Assembly (NCBI GenBank): GCA_016187745.1
Contig: JACPJC010000005.1
Location: 182,668 to 246,667, forward strand
Source: Candidatus Iainarchaeum sp.
Lineage (GTDB): Archaea > Iainarchaeota > Iainarchaeia > Iainarchaeales > JAXPJC01
Direction of reading: 5' to 3'
Length of the DNA: 64,000 nucleotides
Part shown: positions 18,058 to 27,617 of the stretch, in pieces
Position numbering within the stretch: the stretch's first letter is position 1
How the letters are laid out: each line of letters starts with the position of its first letter
The notes under the pieces: generated by a model
What the model was told of the DNA's origin: nothing
Seen by the model: only the letters and a program-made list of their open reading frames with translations
Database searches by the model: none
Translations under genes and position numbers: made by a program

Positions 18058-18369
18058 CTACTCAACAACTAATTTTATCGCGTTTTTCTCCTTCATCAAT
18101 AAGGCGGTTTTTCCCGGCGCAATTTTAAATGCCTTTGCGAGCGCCTTCGGAATCCTCAGCGCAACAGAATTCCCCCATTTTGAGAATTTCGCCTTTTCAG
18201 CCCTTCTGAGAGCGCGCTCCTTCTCCGCAACCTCGTGCAGCTGCCCCATATCAAGGAACTCATCCCTGCACCGGGGGCAGTGCCAGTATTTATATTCAAG
18301 TAAATCTTTGCCGCTGACATCAGTCCTTTCAAGCAGCTCAATATTGCATTTATGGCATTTCATGTTCAT
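18058..18369 (-). CDS. Antitoxin: Zn ribbon plus AbrB/MazE DNA-binding domain
   Basis: CHKC..CPRC; KWGNSVALRIP. Confidence 0.8.
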   Translation of the reverse strand: MNMKCHKCNIELLERTDVSGKDLLEYKYWHCPRCRDEFLDMGQLHEVAEKERALRRAEKAKFSKWGNSVALRIPKALAKAFKIAPGKTALLMKEKNAIKLVVE

Positions 18370-18614
18370 CTTTTCCATTCGATTGTTACAATCCTGATGC
18401 AATCACCTTCAATTTCATCCACACAAACAACCTTCCCCCGCCTGTATTCTTTTACGAATTTCATCCTGTTCTTTCCAAATCTCTTTACCCTTCCTCCATT
18501 TATTGTCGCTTCAACCATGCCCCTTGATATTCCCCTGTTGGTTGCGCGCGCATAGGCGTGCCTTGTTATTTCAATCCTTTTCCCGAACCTCAAAAGATAT
18601 CCTAAGATATACAT
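18366..18614 (-). CDS. DUF4258/RelE-like toxin
   Basis: ITRHAYARA..RGIS...IRIVT; ATGA-coupled to the antitoxin. Confidence 0.7.
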   Translation of the reverse strand: MYILGYLLRFGKRIEITRHAYARATNRGISRGMVEATINGGRVKRFGKNRMKFVKEYRRGKVVCVDEIEGDCIRIVTIEWKR

Positions 18615-18621
18615 GTATATC
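18606..18621. promoter_or_regulatory. Perfect 16-bp palindrome at the TA operon start (candidate operator)
   Basis: GATATACATGTATATC. Confidence 0.5.
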
Positions 18622-18781
18622 AAACTCCTTTTAATTCTTGCACAAAAAACCTGATGGGAACAGATTATAAATATATCGTCAATTGCCGTATAGTAATAGA
18701 ACCGGCATCCTGCAAATTTTGTTTTCCGGCGGCCAAATAAAACGCAATTGTTTTTTATACTGTTTAATTTACTAATTTTCT

Positions 18782-19294
18782 ATGCCTGTACAAGTAGCGC
18801 GCGTAGCCAATGCAAAGACTCTTGCAAGCCTTAGGCGCGGATTTATTAGGAACAAAAAGAAGCTTACTATGGATAGGATAGCAGAGATAACAAACGCCCT
18901 GCGTAGTTCAAATTATAATATTGCAAGGAAAGTTGTAAGAAATTTCATTCAAAAGCACCTTTCAAATTTTTTTATAAAGAAGTTCTCAGAATCCCAGAAA
19001 AAGTTATTGCAGTATTTATTTGACTATCGTGCAAATATCCCCCCTAGGGCGGAATTTATAAATGCCTTTGGCAATAAAGAAAAAACAATAATTGCACTGA
19101 AGGAAATTGTAAGAGAAATAGACCGCCTGGCAAAAGTGACTGGAAAAGCGAGATACAAAGGCGAAAAAATAATTGCAAACCCATATGGGACTGGAAAAAC
19201 GGACTTAATAAAAGATTTATTCAACAATGCGCTGACCAGCCCGAGGGGCAGGGCAGAATTAGCAATAAGTAAGCTAGAAAGGGATAGGAAATGA
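18782..19294 (+). CDS. Basic hypothetical protein
   Basis: 170-aa ORF overlapping the rpp30 start. Confidence 0.55.
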   Translation: MPVQVARVANAKTLASLRRGFIRNKKKLTMDRIAEITNALRSSNYNIARKVVRNFIQKHLSNFFIKKFSESQKKLLQYLFDYRANIPPRAEFINAFGNKEKTIIALKEIVREIDRLAKVTGKARYKGEKIIANPYGTGKTDLIKDLFNNALTSPRGRAELAISKLERDRK

Positions 19295-19920
19295 TCATAG
19301 ATTTGGTTTTCTATTCGGATTTGCAGTCGCTTAAGCGCCATGCGAAGCTTCTGGGGATTGACGCGATAATAATTGCGCAGAGCTTCAAATCCCAGAGGGA
19401 CATTGATTCGCTGCGCGCGGAGATAAAAAAATCCAAGTTCCCCTTCTACATCTGCCATCTGCTCGGGGAGCCGAACCAGAATGACGCGAAACTGTTCAGG
19501 GGGAAGGCTGATTTCATTGCAGTTATTGGCGGCAGCGCAAATGCGAACAAATTCGCGGTTTCAAGCAATTTTGTTGATTTTCTGATTGCGCCCGCGGGCT
19601 ATGGGAAGAATGAGTTCGACACTGCAATCGCGCAGATTGCCTCCGACAACCAGAAGCCCATTGCAATCCCGTTTTCGCAGTTCCTCAACTCCGGCGGCTT
19701 CCAGCGGAGCATGCTCTTCAAGAATTATCTTTTTGCTGTGAAAATAATGAAAAAATTCAGGCTCAATGCGCTTTTCTTTTCCGGAGCGAAAAAGGAAGGC
19801 GAACTGCGCGCCCCGCAGGATTTTTCAGCCTTCGCAAATCTGCTTGGCTTTTCAAAAGAGCAGGGCGGGCGCTTCATCGGGAGATATGCGGAAACAATTT
19901 TGCAGAAAGTGGGAAAATGA
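19291..19920 (+). CDS. rnp3: RNase P subunit Rpp30
   Basis: PHP-like fold with SGA....LRAP.D motif; superoperon position. Confidence 0.8.
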   Translation: MIIDLVFYSDLQSLKRHAKLLGIDAIIIAQSFKSQRDIDSLRAEIKKSKFPFYICHLLGEPNQNDAKLFRGKADFIAVIGGSANANKFAVSSNFVDFLIAPAGYGKNEFDTAIAQIASDNQKPIAIPFSQFLNSGGFQRSMLFKNYLFAVKIMKKFRLNALFFSGAKKEGELRAPQDFSAFANLLGFSKEQGGRFIGRYAETILQKVGK

Positions 19921-20468
19921 ATTCCGAGAAGGCGCTTATTGAATTTTTCCAAGATGCGGGAAAGCTGAAAAACATAAAGCGCACCGGCTGGAAGTTAATG
20001 GGAATAAAAAACCCAGAAAGCGTGGCAGAGCACTCCTTCAGGCTTGCGGTTATGGCATTTGCGCTTGCCCCGCATTTCCGGCTTGATGCGGAAAAATGCG
20101 CGGTTCTTGCGCTCATCCATGACCTGCCTGAAGTTTATACTGGTGATATTTCGCATGCTGGCGTTCCGGGCAAAAAGCAGATTGCAAATGAGAGCAAGGC
20201 AATGGGAAAATTGCTCTCAAAGCTTGATGCAAAAACAAAAAACAGGATTTCGGGATTGTGGGCTGAATTTGCAGGTGAAAAAAGCAGGGAAGCGAGATTT
20301 GTCCGGCAAATAGACAAGCTTGAAATGGCGCTGCAGGCATTTTACTATGAGAAAAAGAAAATCACGCGCAGAAGCCTGCAGGAATTCTTTGATGACGCGA
20401 ATCTGCAGATAACCGACAAAAGGCTGCTTAAAATGCTGCATGCGCTGAATTACATGCGGGGCAGATGA
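19917..20468 (+). CDS. HD-domain 5'-deoxynucleotidase-like protein
   Basis: LKNIKRTGW, ESVAEHS, IHDLPE, DKLE. Confidence 0.9.
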   Translation: MNSEKALIEFFQDAGKLKNIKRTGWKLMGIKNPESVAEHSFRLAVMAFALAPHFRLDAEKCAVLALIHDLPEVYTGDISHAGVPGKKQIANESKAMGKLLSKLDAKTKNRISGLWAEFAGEKSREARFVRQIDKLEMALQAFYYEKKKITRRSLQEFFDDANLQITDKRLLKMLHALNYMRGR

Positions 20469-20469
20469 T

Positions 20470-21492
20470 ATGGCATCAAAGGTCTATCTTGTGAAGGAGC
20501 CGTTCCTCACAAACCTTGAAAAGGCAATGGGCAAATTTGATTTGAAGAGGCGCTTTTCAGGAAAATCAACTGCAGTAAAAGCCCACATGGGCGAATATGA
20601 AAACCTCAATTATGTGAGGCCTGTGCTTCTGGGGAAGGCTGTGGAAATTCTGCAAAATGCATATGCAAAGCCATTTGTTTTTGATTCCCCAACTTCATAT
20701 CACAGGAAGCGCCATACTGTAAGAGATTATATTGATACTGCACGAAGGAACGGCTTCACAAAGGAAACAATCGGCTGCGAAATTAAAATAAGCGATGAGG
20801 CGCTCAAGGAAAAAGGCACAATCCTCAAGCGCGTTAATGTGTGCAGGGATATTGCGGATGCCGAGGCAATGATTGTATTGAGCCACGGGAAGGGGCATGT
20901 CTGCGGCGCGTATGGCGGTGCAATTAAAAATCTGGGGATGGGCGCGGTTGATATTGCAACAAAGGACGCAATACATGATAATGCTGCTCCGCTGATTGAC
21001 AGGGAAAAATGCACTGGCTGCGCGGCCTGCATTGAGGTCTGCCATCCAAAGGCGAATTCCCTGAAAAATAGAAAGATTTCAATTGATTATGATAAGTGCT
21101 GGGGCTGCGGCCGCTGCATAAAGGCATGCAAGTATGGCGCCCTGAAGCCAAAACTTGCATTTTTCAATTATCTGCTTGCTGATTCCGCAGGCGCAGTGCT
21201 GAGGAAATTCCAAAGGGAAAATGTGCTTTATGTCACAATGCTGATGAGCATTGCGCCGAGATGCGACTGCAATCCGCGCAGCGGAATGTCCGCAATGCCT
21301 GATATCGGAATACTTGTGAGCGATGACATTGCCGCAATTGATGCTGCAGCAATCGATTTGATAAACAAAACCTTCGGGAAGGACTGGTTTGAGAGCCTGA
21401 AATACCGCAACCCGAAAGAGCAGATTGAAATGATTGAAAAATTGGGCCTGGGAAGCGGCAAATGCAAATTGGAGGAAATCGGAGGGAACTGA
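20470..21492 (+). CDS. DUF362 protein with 4Fe-4S dicluster
   Basis: KAHMGE, SHGKGH, GGAIKNLGMG, two CxxCxxCxxxC, CDC. Confidence 0.85.
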   Translation: MASKVYLVKEPFLTNLEKAMGKFDLKRRFSGKSTAVKAHMGEYENLNYVRPVLLGKAVEILQNAYAKPFVFDSPTSYHRKRHTVRDYIDTARRNGFTKETIGCEIKISDEALKEKGTILKRVNVCRDIADAEAMIVLSHGKGHVCGAYGGAIKNLGMGAVDIATKDAIHDNAAPLIDREKCTGCAACIEVCHPKANSLKNRKISIDYDKCWGCGRCIKACKYGALKPKLAFFNYLLADSAGAVLRKFQRENVLYVTMLMSIAPRCDCNPRSGMSAMPDIGILVSDDIAAIDAAAIDLINKTFGKDWFESLKYRNPKEQIEMIEKLGLGSGKCKLEEIGGN

Positions 21493-21804
21493 ATGCAAAA
21501 GAAAAATTCAGAAAAATATCCTGATGAGGTAATTACACAAGATAGGAAAGGAAATCCAGAAATAAGGATTCTACTAGATAAAGGGCAGTTTGTGCGCTAT
21601 CATTATGCGGACCCAAAAACAGGAAAGCTTCTTGAAAAAGAAAAATTCACGATACTGCTTAATGATGAAAACGGCAAATTAACGCATTTTTACGCAATTC
21701 CAATGCAAAAAGGAAAGCGCTATCTGCTGATTGAAGTGCAGGAAAAGGGGATTGAAAGAAAGGTTTGGGATGCGCAGAAGAGGAAAGCGGTTAATTTATG
21801 GTAA
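21493..21804 (+). CDS. Hypothetical protein
   Basis: 103-aa ORF abutting the previous gene. Confidence 0.55.
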   Translation: MQKKNSEKYPDEVITQDRKGNPEIRILLDKGQFVRYHYADPKTGKLLEKEKFTILLNDENGKLTHFYAIPMQKGKRYLLIEVQEKGIERKVWDAQKRKAVNLW

Positions 21805-21841
21805 AGGCTAAAAAAAGAATTAGGTTGTCGACCGAGAAACC

Positions 21842-21877
21842 ACACCGGTTGCCTGGGTTCGAATCCCAACCCTCGCG
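21842..21877 (+). tRNA. Isolated tRNA 3' half (fragment or split-tRNA piece)
   Basis: CTGGG-TTCGAAT-CCCAA T arm followed by acceptor-like CCCTCGC-G; no matching 5' half (GCGAGGG, D arm) adjacent. Confidence 0.45.
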
Positions 21878-21927
21878 GTGTGGCCAATTCAAAAGTATAT
21901 TATAACTTTTTGTGCATACTCTACATT

Positions 21928-22470
21928 ATGAATCTTCCCGCGCGCAGGGAATGCATTTCACTGCTGAAAGAGCATGAAACCCCCGAGCACATAATAGCGC
22001 ACAGCATAGTTACAGAAAAGGTCTGCATGCATCTGGGAAGAAAACTGAAAGCGCATGGCATAAAAATAAATTTGCAGCTTCTGAGCAGGGCAGGCCTGCT
22101 CCACGATATTGCGAAATTCAAGACACTGCACAAGGATTTACTGCACGGAACCGAAGGGGAAAAAATTCTTAATGAACTGGGCTTTAATGAAATTGCGCGC
22201 ATCACAAAAAACCACCTGCTCAGCAGGATTCTTGTTAAGGGCGCTCTGCAGAACTGGGAGGACAAGATTGTTTATTATGCCGACAAGAGAGTTGTGCATG
22301 ACAGGATAGTTTCACTGGATGAGAGGTTTGATTATCTTAGAAAGCGCTATGGGACCATAAGCAAAGAGGCAATGCGCAGCATAAATGCAGCATATCTCCC
22401 TGTAAAGGAATTGGAAAAACAAATCTTTAACAAGGCAAAATGCGATATTTCGCTCAAAGGGCTGATGTGA
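21928..22470 (+). CDS. HDIG-type HD phosphohydrolase
   Basis: HIIAHS, LLHDIAK, H..EG, YADKR. Confidence 0.85.
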   Translation: MNLPARRECISLLKEHETPEHIIAHSIVTEKVCMHLGRKLKAHGIKINLQLLSRAGLLHDIAKFKTLHKDLLHGTEGEKILNELGFNEIARITKNHLLSRILVKGALQNWEDKIVYYADKRVVHDRIVSLDERFDYLRKRYGTISKEAMRSINAAYLPVKELEKQIFNKAKCDISLKGLM

Positions 22471-22473
22471 TTT

Positions 22474-23388
22474 ATGCAAGGATTCATGTTTCTTGCGCTG
22501 GTTGCGGCATTATTTTTCACATTCTCCTCGTTCCTTGACAAATTCATTCTCACACACAAGCTGAAAAATGCAGATGCGTATTTCATCCTGCAGGGAATTG
22601 CCTCATTCCTGCTGTATCCGATTCTTTTGTTTTTTTCCACTGGCATTTCAATTCCGAATGCCGGCGCATGGCCTTTTATTGCAGTTTCAGGCATAACCGC
22701 GGCAATAGGGCTAATAATCTACTACAGGCTTATGGGCAGCGCGGACTATTCCGCAGTTTCCCCGCTGATGCAGGCAAGAATTCTCTTCACAATACCGCTG
22801 AGCTATTTTATACTGCAGGAATTCTACGGACTGAATGTTTTGGCATTCATGCTTCTGATTTTTGCAGGCTCAGTGCTTCTCACAGTGGATGAAAAAAGCA
22901 GCCTGCGCACAATAATCTCGAAAAACCGCGTGCTTGCAACAGGGCTGCTGATTTGTCTCATCTGGGCATTCTCAAACCTGCTGAGCAAGCCGGTCCTGCA
23001 GGCGCTCAGCGTGGAAAATTTCATTTTCTGGAGGAATGTTTTTTCATTTGCAGTTGTTATTGCCATGCTGCCCGTTCTGCTCAGGGGCAGGGCAAGGGAA
23101 GTATTGGCGCAGGACTCCAGGAAGGCGCTTCCATACGTAATCCTGCTTTTGTTAGTTGCATTTGCGGGGATGCAGTTCATGTTCTATGCGATGAAATACT
23201 CGGTTTCAATAACCGAATCGCTTTTGGGTGTAATAGGCCTTATGGCAATTGCGCTTGCCTTCCTTCTCTCAAGGACAAACCCGGAAATAATTGCGGAAAA
23301 GCACTCAGCAAAAATCTATGCGCTCCGCGCTCTCGGCGCGCTTCTCGTACTGATAGGGATTTTTAACATCTTGGGCGCAAGAATCTGA
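22474..23388 (+). CDS. DMT/EamA family transporter
   Basis: About 10 TM in two repeats. Confidence 0.8.
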   Translation: MQGFMFLALVAALFFTFSSFLDKFILTHKLKNADAYFILQGIASFLLYPILLFFSTGISIPNAGAWPFIAVSGITAAIGLIIYYRLMGSADYSAVSPLMQARILFTIPLSYFILQEFYGLNVLAFMLLIFAGSVLLTVDEKSSLRTIISKNRVLATGLLICLIWAFSNLLSKPVLQALSVENFIFWRNVFSFAVVIAMLPVLLRGRAREVLAQDSRKALPYVILLLLVAFAGMQFMFYAMKYSVSITESLLGVIGLMAIALAFLLSRTNPEIIAEKHSAKIYALRALGALLVLIGIFNILGARI

Positions 23389-23490
23389 GTATGCAATACA
23401 CAGACAAGTTTACGGCGCTCAGAAGAATTTAAAAGGCGTGTTGAGAAAGGATATTATGTAAAGATGACCAAGGTCTAAGGCGGAATTAAA

Positions 23491-23646
23491 ATGAGGTTTT
23501 TTCAAAGCATAAAAAGAGCACTAGGGAAAGACAATCCGCTAAAAAAAATCACCAGAACATACCTGCGGTCACATAAGGAAAAACTTGCACTTAAGAGGCT
23601 TGATGCCTGGTATAGAAACCACGGTGGTTATGATAACAAGAAATAA
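23491..23646 (+). CDS. Small basic hypothetical protein (51 aa)
   Basis: ATG 23491 to TAA directly abutting the pop5 start. Confidence 0.35.
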   Translation: MRFFQSIKRALGKDNPLKKITRTYLRSHKEKLALKRLDAWYRNHGGYDNKK

Positions 23647-24018
23647 ATGATAAAAATGCCGAAAACAAAGCACTATAAGCAGTCCCTTAAGCCGATTCCC
23701 CCCACATTGCGCGGAAAGAAGCGCTATGTCCTTTTTGAATTGATTCCCGCGCAGAATGCGAAACTGAGCGAAAAAAACGTGGATGATGCGCTCTGGCGCA
23801 CTTTTCTTGAATTATACGGAAGCGTGGGAACTGCAAGGCAGAGGATATGGCCGATTAAATTTGATTCAAGCAGAAATCTGGGAATTGTGCGCTGCGCTCT
23901 TGAAGCGCTTGAGGAAGTTAAGGCAGGGCTGCTGTTTGTGAAGAATGTTAATGGCGCTGAAGTCATTCCGAAAATAATTTCAGTTTCAGGGAGCATAAAG
24001 CAGCTGAAGGCAAAATAG
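23647..24018 (+). CDS. rnp2: RNase P subunit Pop5
   Basis: PPTLRGKKRY, GIVRC, VSGSIK. Confidence 0.92.
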   Translation: MIKMPKTKHYKQSLKPIPPTLRGKKRYVLFELIPAQNAKLSEKNVDDALWRTFLELYGSVGTARQRIWPIKFDSSRNLGIVRCALEALEEVKAGLLFVKNVNGAEVIPKIISVSGSIKQLKAK

Positions 24019-24091
24019 GGCTGTTTTATAAATATCGGCTTTTGACGGAAAAATAGGAATATTTAAAAACCTGTTTGTGCATATATTTCTC

Positions 24092-24508
24092 ATGCCCAAC
24101 AGGACATTTCACATTTCCAATTCTGTGCATGATGTGAGCTGCAGAAACTACATTATGGCATTGCTATTGCAGGCAGGCTTTGATAGAGGTACAGCAATAA
24201 ACACGGAGGATGAGAACGGGAGAAAACTAGTTGAGTTTAGGGTTTCTGGCGATGATAAAAAAATTGATGATTTCCTGCCTAAGCTTGAGAAGGAACTCGG
24301 CGAGGAATTCAAAGGCGATATAAAAATTGTTGAAATTAAAATTGGTAACGGGAATTGCGATGTTCCGGACATAATGCGCAGCTCCCAAGCGCATTTGCTG
24401 CTGCAATTCAAAAAAGCCACAGATGTGCTTATTGACATGAATAAAAGCCTGAATGAGAAGCTTGATAACCTGCCGTCAGCAATTGCAAGGGCGATAAAAG
24501 GGGCTTAA
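24092..24508 (+). CDS. Degenerate acylphosphatase-fold protein with helical tail
   Basis: SVHDVSCR aligns to the acylphosphatase G.VQGVGFR motif; VEFRVSG..IDDF. Confidence 0.45.
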   Translation: MPNRTFHISNSVHDVSCRNYIMALLLQAGFDRGTAINTEDENGRKLVEFRVSGDDKKIDDFLPKLEKELGEEFKGDIKIVEIKIGNGNCDVPDIMRSSQAHLLLQFKKATDVLIDMNKSLNEKLDNLPSAIARAIKGA

Positions 24509-24571
24509 TTCCAATTGCAGAATTAGTAAAGACCGCGGCGCTGCGATGCTTTGGTGCATAAGCAATTTATT

Positions 24572-25156
24572 TTACGGGGCTGACATCCCCAGGGCGATTG
24601 ATGTGAGATAGTAGCATTTTGGCTGCCCCTTCATCATTTCAATCCCTGCGGCGGCCTGCTGCCTCGTTTCCTCATCCGGAAATCCGCCTTTTGTAATGTT
24701 TGTGCTGTTGTCTTTCAAATCAGCTTCAATTATGAGGAATTCTTCCGGCTCTATTCCTGTAATTCCCGGGGATTCGCAATCTTCGGAAATTTTAAAGGAA
24801 TAGCTGATTGTATATTCCCTCTCCGCGGTTTTTTTCGCTTCCTTTGCAACTGCAACTTCAGGGAAGCATTTTTTTGCGATTTCAAAATTCCCTTCAAGCG
24901 CTGCCATGATTTCAGGGCCCACATTGGCGTCATTTGCAACTATTATGCCAACGGCATCCTCTATGGTGCAGGTTTTCTCGCCTGCAAAAAACTCCCCGAA
25001 TGCGATTGCAATTTTCGCCTCTGCGGTATTGTCCGCAAGCCTGACTGCGGCATCCTGGTCGGCCTTGCCTGAATCTATGCAGCCTGCCAGAAACAAGAGC
25101 GCAACCAGCCCGATTAAAACCAAAATCGCCTTATTCACGCTATTATTGCAGCACAA
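24572..25156 (-). CDS. Lipoprotein
   Basis: FLAGC lipobox. Confidence 0.6.
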   Translation of the reverse strand: MCCNNSVNKAILVLIGLVALLFLAGCIDSGKADQDAAVRLADNTAEAKIAIAFGEFFAGEKTCTIEDAVGIIVANDANVGPEIMAALEGNFEIAKKCFPEVAVAKEAKKTAEREYTISYSFKISEDCESPGITGIEPEEFLIIEADLKDNSTNITKGGFPDEETRQQAAAGIEMMKGQPKCYYLTSIALGMSAP

Positions 25157-25169
25157 AGAGTTTTTAAGG

Positions 25170-25916
25170 TTATATTTCTATTTTTTCGAACAGATAGCTT
25201 CCCGCTGCAAATACAGCAAGCGTCAATGCGCCCAGCACAATAAAATCAATCCAGATTCCAAAGGTTGAAATTCCGCCCAGCATCGCATGCAGCGCATCAA
25301 CCCCATATGAAAGCGGATTGAAGAGCGCGATTACCATTATCGCATCAGGCAGTCCCACAAGGGGAAAGAGCGCGCCGGAAAGGAAAAACAGGGGCATTAT
25401 GATGAAATTCATTATGAGGGGGAATGCCTGCATGTCCTCAAGCATTGATGCGATTGCGGTTCCAAGGGCAGTGAAGAGCAATGCAATCAGGAACATGAAA
25501 AAGAGCGCAAGCGGCAGCAGAATCAAATCAGAGATTCTGAAGCCCACAAGCATTGAAATTGCGAGCACAATAATTCCCTGTATTACGGCAACTGTTGCGC
25601 CCCCCAGGGTCCTTCCAAGCATTATCTGCAGGCGCGATACTGGCGCTACCAAAGTTTCCTTGAGGAATCCGAACTGCCGATCCCATATTACCTCAATTCC
25701 GGAGAACATTGCTGCAAATAAGATTGTCATTGCAGTAACCCCCGGAGCGAGGAACTGTATGTAATCCCCGCCGCCCGCCTTCTGGTAAATCGGCCCGAAG
25801 CCAAACCCAAGCGCAACAAGGAACAGCAACGGCAGGCCAAGCATTCCAACCATCCTCGGCTTTGAGCGCCAGTAGCGCTTTAATTGCCTGAGCCACATAA
25901 CATATAAAATTCCCAT
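25170..25916 (-). CDS. ABC-2 transporter permease
   Basis: DRQFGFLKETLVAP; FLSGALFP. Confidence 0.92.
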   Translation of the reverse strand: MGILYVMWLRQLKRYWRSKPRMVGMLGLPLLFLVALGFGFGPIYQKAGGGDYIQFLAPGVTAMTILFAAMFSGIEVIWDRQFGFLKETLVAPVSRLQIMLGRTLGGATVAVIQGIIVLAISMLVGFRISDLILLPLALFFMFLIALLFTALGTAIASMLEDMQAFPLIMNFIIMPLFFLSGALFPLVGLPDAIMVIALFNPLSYGVDALHAMLGGISTFGIWIDFIVLGALTLAVFAAGSYLFEKIEI

Positions 25917-25919
25917 GAG

Positions 25920-26741
25920 CTAGCGCCTCCATAATCTTCTGTCAAGCCTCATCCTGTCCTTCGGGGAGGAATTCTCCTCGCGGATGTGATGGCCTGTAAG
26001 TTTAAGGAAGGATTCTTCAAGGGACTTTGATTTCGTTGTTTTTTTGAGCTCGCCTGCAGTTCCCTGCGCAACTATCTTCCCGTTGTCAATAATTGCAATC
26101 CTGTCAGCAACTTTTTCCGCCTCGTCCATGTAATGCGTTGTGAAGAAAATTGTCATGCCCTCTTTTTTGTTCAAGCTTTTTACATATTCCCATATTTTGT
26201 TCCTTGTCTGCGGGTCAAGGCCAAGCGTAGGCTCATCAAGGAAGAGGATTTTCGGGTGGTGCAGCAAGCCCCGCGCAATCTCAAGCCTGCGCTTCATGCC
26301 CCCGGAAAATGTCCTTACAAGGCTGTTTTTCCTTTCTGAAAGCTCAACAAGATCCAGGAGATATGAAATCCTCTCCCTTCTCAGCACATTGGGGATGCCA
26401 TAGAGGACCCCGTGAAATTCCATGTTCTCTTGCGCAGTCAGCTCATCGTCCAGGCTCGGGTCCTGGAACACAATGCCGAACGAATGCCTTGCTGCGTCCT
26501 TTTCATGCACGGGGTCAAAGCCATTAACCATCATTTTCCCTCTTGTGGGATGCAGGAGGGTTGTTAGCATCTTTATTGTTGTGGTTTTTCCCGCGCCGTT
26601 AGGGCCCAAAAACGCGAAAATTTCCCCTGAGGAAACTTCAAATGAAATCCCATCAACCGCGGTGAAATTCCCGAATTTCCTGAAGAGGCTTTCAACGCTT
26701 ATTGCCGCCTTCTGCCCCGCCCTTTTCATTATCTCCCCCAT
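25920..26741 (-). CDS. ABC transporter ATPase (DrrA-like)
   Basis: GPNGAGKT, FSGGM, LFLDEPT. Confidence 0.95.
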   Translation of the reverse strand: MGEIMKRAGQKAAISVESLFRKFGNFTAVDGISFEVSSGEIFAFLGPNGAGKTTTIKMLTTLLHPTRGKMMVNGFDPVHEKDAARHSFGIVFQDPSLDDELTAQENMEFHGVLYGIPNVLRRERISYLLDLVELSERKNSLVRTFSGGMKRRLEIARGLLHHPKILFLDEPTLGLDPQTRNKIWEYVKSLNKKEGMTIFFTTHYMDEAEKVADRIAIIDNGKIVAQGTAGELKKTTKSKSLEESFLKLTGHHIREENSSPKDRMRLDRRLWRR

Positions 26742-26823
26742 AATTCACAAATAGCATCATTTATATAGATTATGTTTATAGAATATTATTAATAGAGAGA
26801 ATAGAAAGGAAAAGGGGAGAATT

Positions 26824-27555
26824 ATGTATCCTGTTTCTCAAAGGTCGGCTGCATATGACAGGGCAGCAACAATGTTCAGCCCTGATGGAAGGCTCTATCA
26901 GGTTGAATATGCGAGCAAGATTGTGGCCCAGGGAACTTTGGGAGTGGGAATGATTTACGATTCCGGAGTTTTGTTCGGCGCTGACAAGAAAGTGCCCAGC
27001 AGGCTTGCGCTTCCGGACTCGATAGAAAAGATGTTCAAGATTGACGAGCATATCGCCGCAATTTCCGCAGGGCTTGTGGGGGATGCAAGAAGGCTTATAC
27101 AGATTGCAAGGCAGAAAGCACAGGAAAACACAATGTACTATGAGGAGCCCATACAGGTTGAGCTGCTGGTCAAGGAAATAAGCAACATAAAGCAGATTTT
27201 CACCCAATACGGGGGCATGCGCCCCTTCGGGATTTCATTCATTATCGGAGGCATAGACGAAACAGGTAAAAGGCTTTTTGAGACCGAGCCTTCCGGAGCG
27301 CTTGCGGAATACAAGGCAATCGCAATAGGAAAAGGAAGGAACGAGGCAATGGCATTCCTCGAGAAGGAATACTCGGACAATATAAATTTTGACAGTGCGA
27401 TTGCGCTTTCAATGAAGGCGCTGCAGAAGGGGCTGGACGAAAAGGAGAAAATCTCCGCGGAAAGGCTTGATTTCGGTTACATAGATGAGAAGAAAAAAAG
27501 ATTCAACAAAATACCCAAGGAAAAGCTCAAATCTTTTTTGGGAAACCTTAAATAA
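26824..27555 (+). CDS. psmA: Proteasome alpha subunit
   Basis: YDRAATMFSPDGRLYQVEYA; GGMRPFG. Confidence 0.97.
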   Translation: MYPVSQRSAAYDRAATMFSPDGRLYQVEYASKIVAQGTLGVGMIYDSGVLFGADKKVPSRLALPDSIEKMFKIDEHIAAISAGLVGDARRLIQIARQKAQENTMYYEEPIQVELLVKEISNIKQIFTQYGGMRPFGISFIIGGIDETGKRLFETEPSGALAEYKAIAIGKGRNEAMAFLEKEYSDNINFDSAIALSMKALQKGLDEKEKISAERLDFGYIDEKKKRFNKIPKEKLKSFLGNLK

Positions 27556-27617
27556 ATTTAGCAAATTTTAAAATTCGGGACCAATAAGGGCATCATGCCC
27601 TTATAGAAAGACCTCCT

